Of a stretch of 64,000 nt of DNA, positions 52,739 to 62,920 are shown piece after piece. Every line of letters begins with the position of its first letter. Within the stretch, counting starts at the first letter, position 1. A program made the position numbers and the translations under genes. A model generated the notes under the pieces. That model had not been told where the DNA came from. It saw only the letters and a list, made by a program, of their open reading frames with translations, and did not search any database. The DNA comes from Octopus bimaculoides (Eukaryota): NCBI RefSeq assembly GCF_001194135.2, contig NC_068981.1, positions 184,164,507 through 184,228,506 of the forward strand. The letters run 5' to 3'.

Positions 52739-55700
52739 AACAGATGGGTGTTAGATAAATAGATGGAGCACTGATAGCCAGATACACAGAAAGGCAGATA
52801 GATAGGGCATTGGTAGCCAGATGTAAAGAGGAAGATAGATACATGAGAGTGTTGATAGTCAGACAGATAGCTGGGAATTTGATAGCTACATACATAGAGA
52901 AATAAATAGATATATGAGAGAGATAGATAGCTGGAGCATTAATTAATAGTCAGATACATTGAGAAGACACACTGAGAGAGATGGGATATTGATAGCCAGA
53001 TACAGAGAGGTGAGCATTGATAGTCAGAGAGGGGGGGGGAGAAAGAGAGAGACAGAGATAGAGCATTTATATTAGATACATGGACAAAGACAGGTCGGGC
53101 AATTGATAACCAGATAAATAGGAGAACTTGGGTATTAATAGCCAAATAAGATACTGTACAGTGACTTACCAACGGACAATAGCATCTTGAATGGAGCATG
53201 TCAAAGCATGACCAAGATGGAGTGAACCAGTCACATTAGGGGGAGGCAAACAGATGACAAACCTTCTCTTCTTTACAGCATCCTACAACAGTTCAGAAGA
53301 GCAACATGAGATTACAAATTCTGGGTTATACAAAAAGAGTGGAAAAAATATTTTAAAAGAATGGTAGACACAGGCATGGCTGTGGGGGTTAAGAAGCTTG
53401 ATTTCCAACCATGTGGTCTTGGATTTCACCTCCATTGCATTGCACTTTGGGCAAATGTCTTCTTTGCTGTAGTAGAATAGACCTTCGCTGAGCCAAACCA
53501 AAAGCCATGTGGTGAGTGAATTTGGTAAGTAGAAATTGAAAGAAGCCCATTGCGTGTATGTGTGTGTGTATACTTTAACTGAGGAAAGTTTTATGCAATG
53601 GATGCATATCCTATTACATATTACACAAACCTGAAATGCATGTATTAAAAGATTTCAAAATATCACTATTTGGCTTCACTTCATTATTACAACTTGGGTC
53701 TCACAGAGGCGAGGTGGCTGAGTTCCTTTCAAGTGTTGGGCCCCACAGAGGCAATGACTGAGACCTTTGGCATTGTGTCATGCTTGAGAAGAAGACCCAT
53801 CAAGCCAAGCGAAATCGCAATCGTGGCAGATACTGGTGTCAAGCAAATGGCACTTGTGCTGGTGGCATGTAAAAGCACCCATTACATTCTCAGAGTGGTT
53901 GGCGTTAGGAAGGGCATCCAGCCATAGAAAACCATGCCAAATCAGACTGGAGCCTGGTGCAGCCTTCCAGCGTGCCACCCATAGTCAAACTGTCCAACCC
54001 ATGCCAGCATGGACAGCAGATGTTAAATGAGGATGATGATGATATACATACATTTATATATATATATACACACACACGTGTATATGTGTGTGCTTATTCT
54101 GATATCTTCTGATAGTTGCAAAATGAGTGTCACTGTCATACAATCTGCGCCATTCATTTCCAATCTTGTATGAAAACAAGTCTGGCTTGGAGAAAAAAAA
54201 CTTGCTTCAAAACAGATGAAGATGGGTGACAGGACATCTGGTTGTAGAAAAATCTACCTAAATGAATTCTTATTTCTTTATTGCCCACAAGGGGCTAAAC
54301 ATAGAGGGGACAAACAAGGACAGACAAAGGGATTAAGTCGATTACATCGACCCCAGTGCGTAACTGGTACTTAATTTATTGACCCCAAAAGGATGAAAGG
54401 CAAAGTCGACCTCAGCGGAATTTGAACTCAGAACATAATGGCTAAGCATTTCGCCCGGCGCGCTAATGTCTCTGCCAGCTCATCGCCTTAATCTACCTAA
54501 ATGAATTCTGTGTGATGCATGCAAGCATGGGAAAGTGAATGTTAAAATGATGAAACTGACACACACACTTAACTGGCTTCTGTATGCTTTGGTTGTCCTG
54601 AGGCTATCACAGAAAACACTTGCTCAAGGTGCTGTACAGTGGGACTGAACCTGAAACCACATGGTTGTGAAACAAACTCTTCAACCACACAGCCAAGAAG
54701 CTGTGAATTAAGAAGGAAAAGCTAGAAACCTGAATTGGCTGTGGTTGGTGAAAACCTTTCTGTTCCCACCATTTGTACCATATGGCTTCAACGTATTCTG
54801 GGTTGTAGGCTGGAGGAAGGATATTAGTAAATTCTATCAAAAAAAGAAAATAATTAGAAAATCACAACTTGCTAGAAATAGCAGCAAAATTTTCTCTACA
54901 TCACATCATTGCTTAAAGCTTAGTGATCATTTGTGAATATAATTTGGAAGCATGTACTATGCTTTTGTTAACTGTTTTAGGTGTTTATGTAGTTATGAAT
55001 CAGGTCTAGACAGCTTCTTGGCTCAACGGCCCTCAACCCAGTAGAATATGGAAGATGTGGGAGTTGGAGGGAGAGAGAGAGTTGCACTAACAACTAGGTT
55101 GGTGTACATTTACAGCTGAGTAGACTGGGGTAATGTGAAACGAAGTGCCTTGCTTGAGGACATAGTACACTGCTCCACCTAGAAACTGAACCCATGACAT
55201 TTTGATCATGAGCCCATTATTCAACAGCTAGGCCATATGCTTTCATACAAAATCACATTGTACTGTCTTAAATAAAAGAAAAAAAAGACATTGGATGTAG
55301 TCCAAAGTACACTGTGTCTGAAAAAAAAGACAGGATGGTCACAACTGGAATAACCTTGATGACAGGTGCATCAGGTACTAAACAACAACTCCTCCTTCCA
55401 CAGAAAATATTCAACCACTGGTTCATTCCCATTCTCTATCATCTCTTTAGTGAAAGCATGTGGCTTAGTGGTTAGGGTGTTGGACTCATGATTGTAATAT
55501 TGTAGTTTCGATTCCTGGACCGGGTGATGCAGTGTGTTCTTGAGCAAAACACTTCATTTCACGTTGCTCCAGTCCACTAAGCTGGCAAAAATGAGTAATC
55601 CTGCAATGGACTGGCATCCTCTCCAGGGAGGAATATTTACACCAGAAAAACCAGGAAACTGGCCTCATGATCCTTATGGAGTAATGTGTACTTCTGTACC

Positions 55701-58700
55701 TGCCATTAGGCATCGGTGCGGCTATGTGTGGTTGAGAAGCTTGCTTCCCAATCATGTGGTTAGGGATTCAGTGCCCCTGCATGACACTTATGGCAAATGT
55801 CTTCTATTATAGCCCCAAGTTCATACCTGTACTGGTGTCATGTAAAAAGCACACAGTACATTCTGTAAAGTGTTTGGTGTTAGGAAGGGCATCCAGATGT
55901 AGAAACCAAGCCAAAACAGACAATTGGAACATGCCAGCTCCTGTCAAACTGTCCAACTCATACCAGCAGGGGAAAGCAGATGTTGGTTGAATGAAACTGA
56001 AAGAAGCCTGTCGCATATAAATATATAAATGTGTGTGTATGTGTTTGTGCGTGTCCTGGTTTTGAAATCATGTGATTATCGTGAATAGTCATACAAACGT
56101 TGTTTGTAATTTCTATTTTTCCATGAAAAACATCCATGGCCATGAAGAAATGTTACTTTGCTTGGAAAGAGGTGAGTGTTGGTGACAGGAAGGGCATCTG
56201 GTCATAGAAAATCTGCCTCAACAAATTTTGTCTGGCTCATACAAGTATGGAAAAGGGGATGTGATGATGATGATGAATAATAGTGAAGAGAGAATCCAAG
56301 ACATACAGAGAAATGAGAGAAAACGTCCATATTAAAATCATCAAACCATAAACAAACACATAAACAAAAATGAGTACCTTTTTTTTGCCATGGAACTAAG
56401 CCTCTTGGACAGTTATTTGAATCTGAGTCATCAGTGGCCTGAAATTAAAAATTTAACATTGTATAAATCATATTACATCCCAGATACAGACGCACTGGTG
56501 ATCTGTGTCCTCTCACTATCTTTTCTACCACTACTGCTTTTGCATATGGCTCATACTTATATCAAAAATTTAGGGCTGTTCTTTAATATTTGTAGAGGCA
56601 TGCTTTGGGTGGTCAGAAGTAACAAGAGGCAAGAGTAAAGAAAAAGAAACTGTTAGACAGGTGTTTGCCTGAAATGGTATCCTAGAAACATGAGTATATA
56701 ACTATGCTTGTGAATTTCCTGATAATTACTTACGATGACTGTCTAAATTGAAACCAAATATATAAACCTGCACACCAACCAACAAGTAGTGCTTAAGACT
56801 GCATTTCTGTGAATGGGAAGTAGTGTAGTATGGGTTTTGGCTGCCCTGTGTGGTAGCCAAATTGGTTATTCCCTGCCTTATAAGTATCTTTGACTACAGC
56901 TAACACACATTTACAAAATGCCCCTCAGTGCAGTTCACACACCTTGTATATGCCACACTATGCCACTATGTGTGGGTGACTGACTTTCAATCTTACAATA
57001 GTCATATCACGTCACATCAGTTAGTCATCAATCTATACATTGGTAGGATAAACAGGTGTTTTGTGCATTTGGTAATTTGTCACAAGTTGAACAATGAAAT
57101 AATGGTAAAAATAACATGTTTGCATGGAATTGTTTTAAATTGGAAAAAATTTTATGAAGTCTTTCCTAATATGGCAACAGACCTAAGGATTATATTGTTT
57201 AAACTGCATGCAATGTTATAAGTGGTATCAGCATTTGAAATCAGGAGGAACATCTACCAAAGTTGATCCTAAATCTGGAAGACTTTCTATGACAACCGCC
57301 AATGGTCATATCGAAAAAGTGTAGACAGTGATCTGTAAAAATTGTTGCCTGATTGTCTGTGAAGTTTCTGAAGAAGGCATCTGCAAAAAGTTCATGTCAC
57401 ATGATTTTAAAAGAAAAATTGAAGATGTATTTTACTGCCACATAATTTGTACCATGTGACAGACTAACAAAATGAGAATTGAGTCACAGTCAGTCAGGAG
57501 CAGCTGACCATTCAAATATTGATGTAAACTTTCAGCAAAGTGTCATAACAGGCAAGGAAATGTAGACATATTGTTTCAATGGTGAAACTAAAAGCAATCT
57601 TCACAGTGATTTGGATCATCATTGTTGAAAGCAAAAAAAATAAAAGTCTAATTAGAGTCATACAAAATGTGATGATGATGTTGATTGGTTATTTTTTATT
57701 GGAAGGGTGTCATTCATCATGAGTTTGTTCTATGCAGCCAGATAACCAATAAAAATTTTCCTTGTGGGTCAATGCCAGTGCCCTGCCCCGACTGGCATCC
57801 GTGCCAGTAACACATAAAAAGCACCCTCCGAACGTGGTCGATGTCAGTGGTGCCTGACTGATTCCCGTGCTGGTGGCACATAAAAAGCACCCACTACACT
57901 TTCAGAGTGGTTGGCATTAGGAGGGGCATCCAGCTGTAGAAACCTTGCCAGATCAGATTGGAGCCTGGTGCATCCTACTGGCTTGCCAGTCCTCAGTCAA
58001 GCCGTCGAACCCATGCCAGCATGGAAAGCAGACGTTAAACGACGACGATGATGATCCCAAGGTTCTTTGAGAGAAGCAATGTAAAGGAAGCAGCCTAGAT
58101 GCTGCATCCTGACAAGGCACCTGCTCACACGTCACTCTTTATCTGTGATTTTTCTTTTTGGCATAGTATGAAATTACTCATGTTCTACTGTCACCCTACT
58201 GTCTGAGAACAATTAAAAAAAATTTGTTTTCAAGATTGAAATTCACCCTGAGAGGTAATCGATTCCACATGGGAAATGAAGAAAAAATCGCAATAAGAAT
58301 TGTGCTTCACCCCTGAAAACATGTTCCAGAATTGCAAAACAAATCCTTGAGAGTGATGTATCAACAGTGCGGAAGACAAGTATGATTAAAATGTAAACAA
58401 AGCAATGAAGTTTGTAATTTCTAAATGCTTTTAAATTCTCCTGAAACTCGAACACATTTCATCCATTGGAGTCATCTCCACAAATGAGTTTTTACCGCAG
58501 TGCGTAAAACTGGAAGCATTTTTGGTAAATTTTCAGATTAACACCCGCACGATTTTCACTAGGGTGTTAGGGTGGCAATTCCGTCCCTAACCCTAACACC
58601 CTAGTGAAAATCGTGCGGGTGTTAATCTGAAAATTTACCGCATTTTTATGGTGAACAAAATGCAGAATTTTTCCGTCAAGCTTTGAATGATATTCTAGAA

Positions 58701-60063
58701 TCTATTAATAACGATTGTGATCGTTAAAGATTGCCGGCGATTACGGCCTTTACTTGGACAAATTCACAACGATGCCACAAGTGTCAAGTTCCATGTAATA
58801 TAAATGAACTCTAGACATGCAATGTTAAAACAATACCCTAGATTACTACTTCTAAAGGTTTAACACAACTAATAAAACAAATAGCTTTAATCGAGTAAGC
58901 AGAATGAAATTATAAAGACTGGAATTAGATATCGAAACCAGATTACAAAATTAACTTGTTAGAGGCATAATCAAAACATGTTTCTCAATAGTGAGTGACT
59001 TAAAAAGAAAAATATGGCAATAAATCCTCTGAATTTACAATGTGGCTTCTAGCGCGTTGTATTAAAGATCTTTCAAATATTCTATTAGCCCTTACATGTC
59101 TGTCTTCTTTACACAAATACGTTAATACCCTTTCATCAATGCCCTTCGCTTTTCTCTCTGCAATGACATTATTCAAATGTCATAATTAATCTTTATTCTG
59201 TCGGAGTTTTAATACAGAAATGTAATCGATAAATGATGTAAACAACTGAAATGTGTAATAAACAAGTCGAACGTTTTGAGAGGTGCCCTTTGCCGAGAGT
59301 GAAGTGTACTGAAAAGAAAACTAACCCCAAATTGAATAAAACACGATGAGTAGGTTGGTTCTTGCAACCAAGATTAGCTGTATTGCATTCGATGGTAATA
59401 ATTCTTATTCATTTTGTCCTAGCATGTAACTTCAGATGAAGTAAAATGATGACATGTATGGCTTTGTCAAGGACGTTCGCGATGTATGTGTAATGATAAC
59501 AAACTCGACATTGAAAGCAAGAGACTGCGGTTCGATTTATTTGGTGGAATCCTTAATTTCACCGTACTTGCAAGACATAGATAAAAAAATTTTTTTAAAT
59601 ATTTTCTGAACCCGAGAGAAAGAATATAAATGTCCTTGAACCGAACTGTCAAAACATCATATTTATGTATGTGTATAAATTTATGTTAAATGATATCGTC
59701 AAATGGCTGTATCTAAAAACAGTCATGTTCAATAACATATAATGTTTCAAATAACATAATAATAAGATAACAATGTTTCAAATAGTTATTTACTAAGAAG
59801 TAAACAGTCAAATATACAATAATAATATCTGTAATCCGATTGTAAATATTTACCTGTGAGAAAGACCTTAAATTCAAAGCATTCGAAATTTTAGCTTGAC
59901 TTGGTCGAGTCACTCGGTTTTGTATGAGTTTTCGGCAATTCCTGATAGCTCGAGAATAACTATGATAGGGATTATTTGTAAACTTATTAAATGTCCGTCT
60001 ACAAGTGTTGAGTGTTAGGTGAGAATGGGACAACAGCATGGCATGTTGGATGGAGGCAGCCAT
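26756..60063 (-). CDS. VARS2: Mitochondrial valyl-tRNA synthetase, whole gene span (26 coding exons, 3177 nt CDS, ~1058 aa; 1068 aa if ATG 60093 is used)
   Basis: Hand-spliced exons give an uninterrupted frame with all GT-AG introns. It contains [13 protein letters not shown] (HIGH), [32 protein letters not shown] and a C-terminal coiled coil. The short basic N-terminus (no GST-like extension) and [16 protein letters not shown] segments fit the mitochondrial paralogue. Confidence 0.95.
27915..28055 (-). CDS. VARS2: VARS2 exon 25 ([25 protein letters not shown]...KIKA; coiled coil)
   Basis: GLVDP..EL..L motif of the C-terminal tRNA-binding arm; GTAAGT donor. Confidence 0.92.
28580..28761 (-). 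CDS. VARS2: VARS2 exon 24 (VFISSSNE...CQVHLSLQ)
   Basis: Open in the required phase 1-0; strong ttttctctag acceptor and CAG|GTATGT donor. Confidence 0.88.
28860..28995. repeat. (GGT/GAT)n trinucleotide array
   Basis: Visible tandem repeat in VARS2 intron 23. Confidence 0.9.
29557..29668 (-). CDS. VARS2: VARS2 exon 23 ([12 protein letters not shown]...[13 protein letters not shown])
   Basis: WR.P..E and LR....LTK pattern; gacag / GTAAGT; phase 0-1. Confidence 0.9.
29845..29941 (+). ncRNA. Type I hammerhead ribozyme motif (intronic, antisense to VARS2)
   Basis: GCAG-CUGAUGA-GUAC...GUAC-GAAA-CGUACG-UA-CUGC: complete core with all three stems; cleavage triplet GUA at 29930-29932. Confidence 0.75.
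31053..31259 (-). CDS. VARS2: VARS2 exon 22 (ESVKPIL...[14 protein letters not shown]...YPNPKD)
   Basis: Conserved PFMP.L.EEL.Q.L. Confidence 0.96.
32343..32498 (-). CDS. VARS2: VARS2 exon 21 (IDKWILS...[11 protein letters not shown])
   Basis: Anticodon-binding domain motifs D.WILS and FW...CD.YL. Confidence 0.96.
34539..34666 (-). CDS. VARS2: VARS2 exon 20 ([26 protein letters not shown]...)
   Basis: Conserved FCNKIW.A.RF; GTAAGT donor. Confidence 0.96.
34988..35135 (-). CDS. VARS2: VARS2 exon 19 (...[21 protein letters not shown])
   Basis: Conserved FP.GIP.CG.DALRF. Confidence 0.97.
35230..35600 (+). mobile_element. CR1-clade LINE 3' end
   Basis: [10 protein letters not shown]...KHFF....AEAWNKL.ASVV....KSFK; same family as 62325-62920. 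Confidence 0.8.
35620..36030 (-). mobile_element. R4/Dong-like LINE 3' end (restriction-like endonuclease C-terminus, 3'UTR, (AAT)n tail)
   Basis: [41 protein letters not shown]...[14 protein letters not shown]. Confidence 0.75.
36080..36184 (-). CDS. VARS2: VARS2 exon 18 (KMSKS motif)
   Basis: [26 protein letters not shown]; cag / GTAAAC. Confidence 0.98.
36910..37035 (-). CDS. VARS2: VARS2 exon 17 ([25 protein letters not shown]...PFDK)
   Basis: Conserved [13 protein letters not shown]. Confidence 0.97.
38327..38397 (-). CDS. VARS2: VARS2 exon 16 ([24 protein letters not shown])
   Basis: ValRS signature [16 protein letters not shown]. Confidence 0.97.
39159..39261 (-). CDS. VARS2: VARS2 exon 15 ([23 protein letters not shown]...LKQ)
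   Basis: Conserved WV.AR..EEA..KA; phase 0-1. Confidence 0.93.
41447..41537 (-). CDS. VARS2: VARS2 exon 14 ([18 protein letters not shown]...)
   Basis: Class Ia signature [12 protein letters not shown]; donor TCG|GTATTT gives phase 0. Confidence 0.95.
42298..42374 (-). CDS. VARS2: VARS2 exon 13 ([26 protein letters not shown])
   Basis: Matches the ValRS P...W..WL.NI segment; phases fit. Confidence 0.92.
43015..43096 (-). CDS. VARS2: VARS2 exon 12 ([27 protein letters not shown])
   Basis: Conserved RS.DVIEP...QWF; donor GTGAGT; acceptor directly after a (TAT)n tract. Confidence 0.95.
43099..43172. repeat. (AAT)n microsatellite abutting the exon 12 acceptor
   Basis: Visible tandem repeat. 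Confidence 0.95.
43196..43452 (+). mobile_element. R4/Dong-like LINE internal fragment
   Basis: E...[17 protein letters not shown]...[11 protein letters not shown] then a frameshift into IHGQFYRE...LWRWL; characteristic post-RT HGQF.R..W.WL motif. Confidence 0.6.
43746..43849 (-). CDS. VARS2: VARS2 exon 11 ([12 protein letters not shown]...HSMMLPVCS)
   Basis: Conserved RF.AR and H.M.LP.CS; ttttcag / GTAATC. Confidence 0.95.
45203..45330 (-). CDS. VARS2: VARS2 exon 10 ([22 protein letters not shown]...FE)
   Basis: Conserved GAVK.TP.HD..D; ttttccag / GTGAGA. Confidence 0.96.
46087..46202. repeat. (GA)n microsatellite just inside VARS2 intron 9; similar tracts at 17347-17401 and 52650-52735
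   Basis: Visible tandem repeat. Confidence 0.95.
46210..46389 (-). CDS. VARS2: VARS2 exon 9 (editing domain, [21 protein letters not shown]...EFGE)
   Basis: Conserved TTRPET and D.AVAVHP; weak donor G|GTTCCT; phase 1-1. Confidence 0.95.
47509..47617 (-). CDS. VARS2: VARS2 exon 8 ([36 protein letters not shown])
   Basis: Conserved PGY...FG.L.SFAY; ctcag / GTAAGT. Confidence 0.95.
47760..48470 (-). mobile_element. Possible highly decayed RTE-like LINE fragment
   Basis: Only weak frameshifted similarity ([10 protein letters not shown]...; QLWMVKH) to RTE ORF2 C-termini. Confidence 0.3.
49645..49764 (-). CDS. VARS2: VARS2 exon 7 ([40 protein letters not shown])
   Basis: Conserved LVNWSC..SAISD.E; ttttag / GTAAGT. 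Confidence 0.97.
50836..50917 (-). CDS. VARS2: VARS2 exon 6 ([27 protein letters not shown])
   Basis: Conserved LGASLDW...FTMD; GTAAGA donor. Confidence 0.97.
51430..51905 (-). mobile_element. RTE-clade LINE ORF2 C-terminal fragment
   Basis: [25 protein letters not shown]...[18 protein letters not shown]...QLRLFGHVA*. Confidence 0.85.
51983..52147 (-). CDS. VARS2: VARS2 exon 5 ([22 protein letters not shown]...WKWKIE)
   Basis: Conserved DHAGIATQ; AG/GT boundaries; phase 2-2. Confidence 0.97.
53170..53282 (-). CDS. VARS2: VARS2 exon 4 (HIGH motif: [18 protein letters not shown])
   Basis: Translated from the reverse complement; ttgtag acceptor, GTAAGT donor. Confidence 0.97.
54271..54489 (-). 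mobile_element. tRNA-headed SINE (family C), full length
   Basis: Exact 20-bp TSD aatctacctaaatgaattct (54251-54270 / 54490-54509). Confidence 0.88.
54730..54833 (-). CDS. VARS2: VARS2 exon 3 ([35 protein letters not shown])
   Basis: ValRS N-terminal motif; polypyrimidine+AG acceptor; weak donor CAG|GTTTCT. Confidence 0.9.
56378..56438 (-). CDS. VARS2: VARS2 exon 2 ([20 protein letters not shown])
   Basis: tttaatttcag acceptor, AAG|GTACTC donor; 61 nt supplies the phase 0-to-1 link required between exons 1 and 3. Confidence 0.7.
57125..57612 (+). mobile_element. Decayed mariner transposase relic
   Basis: Frameshifted [21 protein letters not shown]...HIEKV...[22 protein letters not shown]...VITG.E...ETK. 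Confidence 0.75.
58524..58639. mobile_element. 116-bp fold-back MITE, probably Merlin-type
   Basis: Perfect 49-bp inverted arms starting GGTAA, 18-bp spacer, exact 8-bp TSD GCATTTTT (58516-58523 / 58640-58647). Confidence 0.88.
59854..60063 (-). CDS. VARS2: VARS2 coding exon 1 (putative mitochondrial presequence [10 protein letters not shown]...LRSFSQ)
   Basis: ATG at 60063 in gtgATGG context; donor CAG|GTAAAT; phase 0; 70 aa with 8 R, 3 K and no D/E. Confidence 0.75.
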
Positions 60064-60093
60064 CACAGTTTGATCGAAACTACTTTCTAACAT

Positions 60094-60365
60094 TGAAGAG
60101 TTACAGAAAGCCGGGAGTATTTCTTTAGCAATTAAACATCATGACCGGGTGATCAGCAATTAACTCAAATAATTAGCCTCATCTATACAGAGTAAAGTTT
60201 TGTCTAATTTATTTTCTCTTCAAATTAAAGTTAACGTTCGATTGTTTAGTTTATAATGTTTTTGTTATAAACAATGATAAAGATGAATAAGTAATTTACT
60301 GAGAAATTGTCCAGCGACAACGGACTTGCTGTTTAGAAAGAAACACACACTTCAAGTGGAAAACG
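60094..60365. promoter_or_regulatory. Shared bidirectional promoter/5'UTR region of VARS2 and GTF2H4
   Basis: Divergent start codons at 60093/60063 (-) and 60366 (+); no repeats in between. Confidence 0.7.
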
Positions 60366-60490
60366 ATGTCAGCAACATTAGAATCAGGCAAATTGGAATG
60401 TAAAGATTTATACGGGTATCTTAGAACTTTGCCTGCAAATGTTCTCGATAAACTCTATAATCATCCGGCAACATGTCTTGCTGTATTCAG
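60366..60490 (+). CDS. GTF2H4: TFIIH subunit p52 coding exon 1 (MSATLESGKLECKDLYGYLRTLPANVLDKLYNHPATCLAVFR)
   Basis: Tfb2/p52 signature LD.LY.HPATCLAVFR; aacgATG context; AG|GTGAAT donor. Confidence 0.96.
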
Positions 60491-61138
60491 GTGAATATCT
60501 CTGAAGATTTTGTCATTTTTACATGTCATGATAGTTTTTTTTTTCAAGTGCTTCGTTGTTTGACAACATCCAACGTGGTCTTTACGTAATTTACTATGTT
60601 AAATAACATCTCCAGTAATTTTCTAATATATAGTCATCACCTAGCTCATAATGATCGGGTTTATTCGTTGTGTACCTTTAATTTCCTAACTTGAAATTTA
60701 AAAGAGCTAATATATTTATTATTATATCTCCCTTTTTGATTCTTGATTTGAAGTATTTTTTCGTTTACATGTGTCAGATCAGATGTCTAAAAAAATACTC
60801 AACTTAATGTGAAAAACGTTCCTAAATTCAGAGAAAACTTAGAGTAAAGGTAAACAGTTGTAGAAAGAAAAACTTACACACATATATGCGTAAATATAAT
60901 TGTTCTTGTAAAAAAGAAATCACAGTAGAATCACAATTTAAGGCGAAGTACTCAATGCATTGAGAAAAGTGGATATATTTATTAAAATAATGGATCTTAT
61001 CAAACTGAAAATTCTGAGACTTAGTGTTGAAGGATTCATTATTTCAATTGAAAAATCTGTGTGCATGTATTTGTATGTGTGAGTTTATTTGTCTGTCTAA
61101 GATATATATATATATATATATATTGATAGAAATGGTAA

Positions 61139-61183
<45 letters not shown>

Positions 61184-61823
61184 TCTGAAGTCCCAATTAA
61201 CTTAATTTTCAGTTTCACAATAGATTTAACCTTGCTCAGTTTATCCATGCTATCAGTAAATATGTTCCACTATTATTCTTAAAATAATTATACTTTAAAA
61301 TAATAACATAATTTCAACAAATTGATTTCATGTGAAAAGTTATGCAATATTTATGGTTGATTAGATTAGAATAGCACTTCATCAGACTTGCATCGAAAGA
61401 TATGTTTATATGTGTATGTGTGTGTGTAGAATAGCAACATCCTAAAAAAAATTAAAGCTGGCTGAAGGTACAATTTCAGCAAAACAATGTCTTTGTTGAC
61501 CATTATACACATCACACTGACTGCACTATATATATATATATATATATTATAGATAGATAGATGTATCATTATCATCATCATCATTATTGTATAATATCCG
61601 CTTTCCATGCTGGTATGTGTTGGACAGTTTGACTTAGAACTAGCAAGCCGGGAAGCTACGCCAGGCTCCAATCTGATTTGGCAAGATTTCTACAGCTAGA
61701 TGCCCTTCCTAATGCCAACCACTCCGAGAGTATGGTGGGTGCTTTTTATGTACCACTGGCATGGGAGCCAGTCAGACGGTACTGGCATCGGTCATGTTCA
61801 AATGGTACTTTTTACAAGTCACC

Positions 61824-61882
<59 letters not shown>

Positions 61883-62086
61883 ACACACACACATAAGAGG
61901 CTTTGTTTCATTTCTGTCTAACAAATCCACACTCACAAAGCTTTGGTCTGCCTGGGGACTGAACCCAAGACCACATTGTTGAAAAGTAAGTTTCTGCTTT
62001 TCTTACTTGGCATGGGTTGACTGGGTCATCACAGTTGAAGTCATATTTTCCTTATTTGTGAATTTAATTTATTTTCTTTCAATTAG

Positions 62087-62191
62087 GGAATTACCAGAAC
62101 TTGCCAAACACTGTGTAATGAGAATACTTTTTGTGGAACAACCTGTACCTCAGGCTGTTGTAGCACATTGGGTGGCCAACAAGCACCATGA
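62087..62191 (+). CDS. GTF2H4: TFIIH p52 exon 2 ([29 protein letters not shown])
   Basis: Conserved ELP.LAK..VMR.LF.EQP.PQA.V..WV; phase 2-2; GTAAGT donor. Confidence 0.96.
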   Translation, partial: GITRTCQTLCNENTFCGTTCTSGCCSTLGGQQAP

Positions 62192-62324
62192 GTAAGTATT
62201 TTGATTGTTTTTAAACACTTTTCAGTTTCAAGTATAATGATTCTAGAATAATGTGTTAGACTACTGAGTTCAGCTTTATGAGTTCAAATTGCTTTGAGCA
62301 TTATAATAATGAAATTACTGTGTA

Positions 62325-62920
62325 CAGTGCTCAGGTGCACTCCAGCTTATCAAAGGTGCATGTATAGTACATACAATTAGGAAAATCAGCAGTGTATGAG
62401 TCATCATATACGTGTGTGCATGTGTATGGAGGGGAGGGGATATCAGGTGTAGTGTTGGTGAATGTCAGGAAGCATGGAGGTTTTAAAGGATGCAATGTCT
62501 CGGCAACTAACAACTGATGCAGGTAGTTTGTTCCATGCTTCAGCAACTCTGAGAGTGAAAAAATGTTTCCGAAAGTCATGGGTGCTGTGCTGTTTTCTGA
62601 CTTTGTAGGCATGCCCATGTGTGTTAGACACATGGAGCTCACAGGTGCTCAAGGTGGTTCTTGGTACGATGGTTAATAATTTTGTGAGTGTTTACCAAGT
62701 CAGTTGCCAGACGTCAGAGCTTCAGTGTATCTCTGCCCAGGGAAGCAAGGCGTTCAGTGTATGGTAGATGCCTGATGGAGGGTATTTGCTTGGTTGCACA
62801 TCTCTGAACAGTTTCTAGGAGGTCAATGTCCTGAGCAAGATAGGGGTTCCAGATTGGTGAAGCAAATTCCAAATGTTGGAAACCTTCTGATAAACGCACA
62901 TACACAGTCTCTTTCAAAGA
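62325..62920 (-). mobile_element. CR1-clade LINE 3' fragment in GTF2H4 intron 2
   Basis: HLEFASPIWNPYLAQDIDLLETVQRCATK...LPYTERL and RKHFFTLRVAEAWNKLPASVV. Confidence 0.88.
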
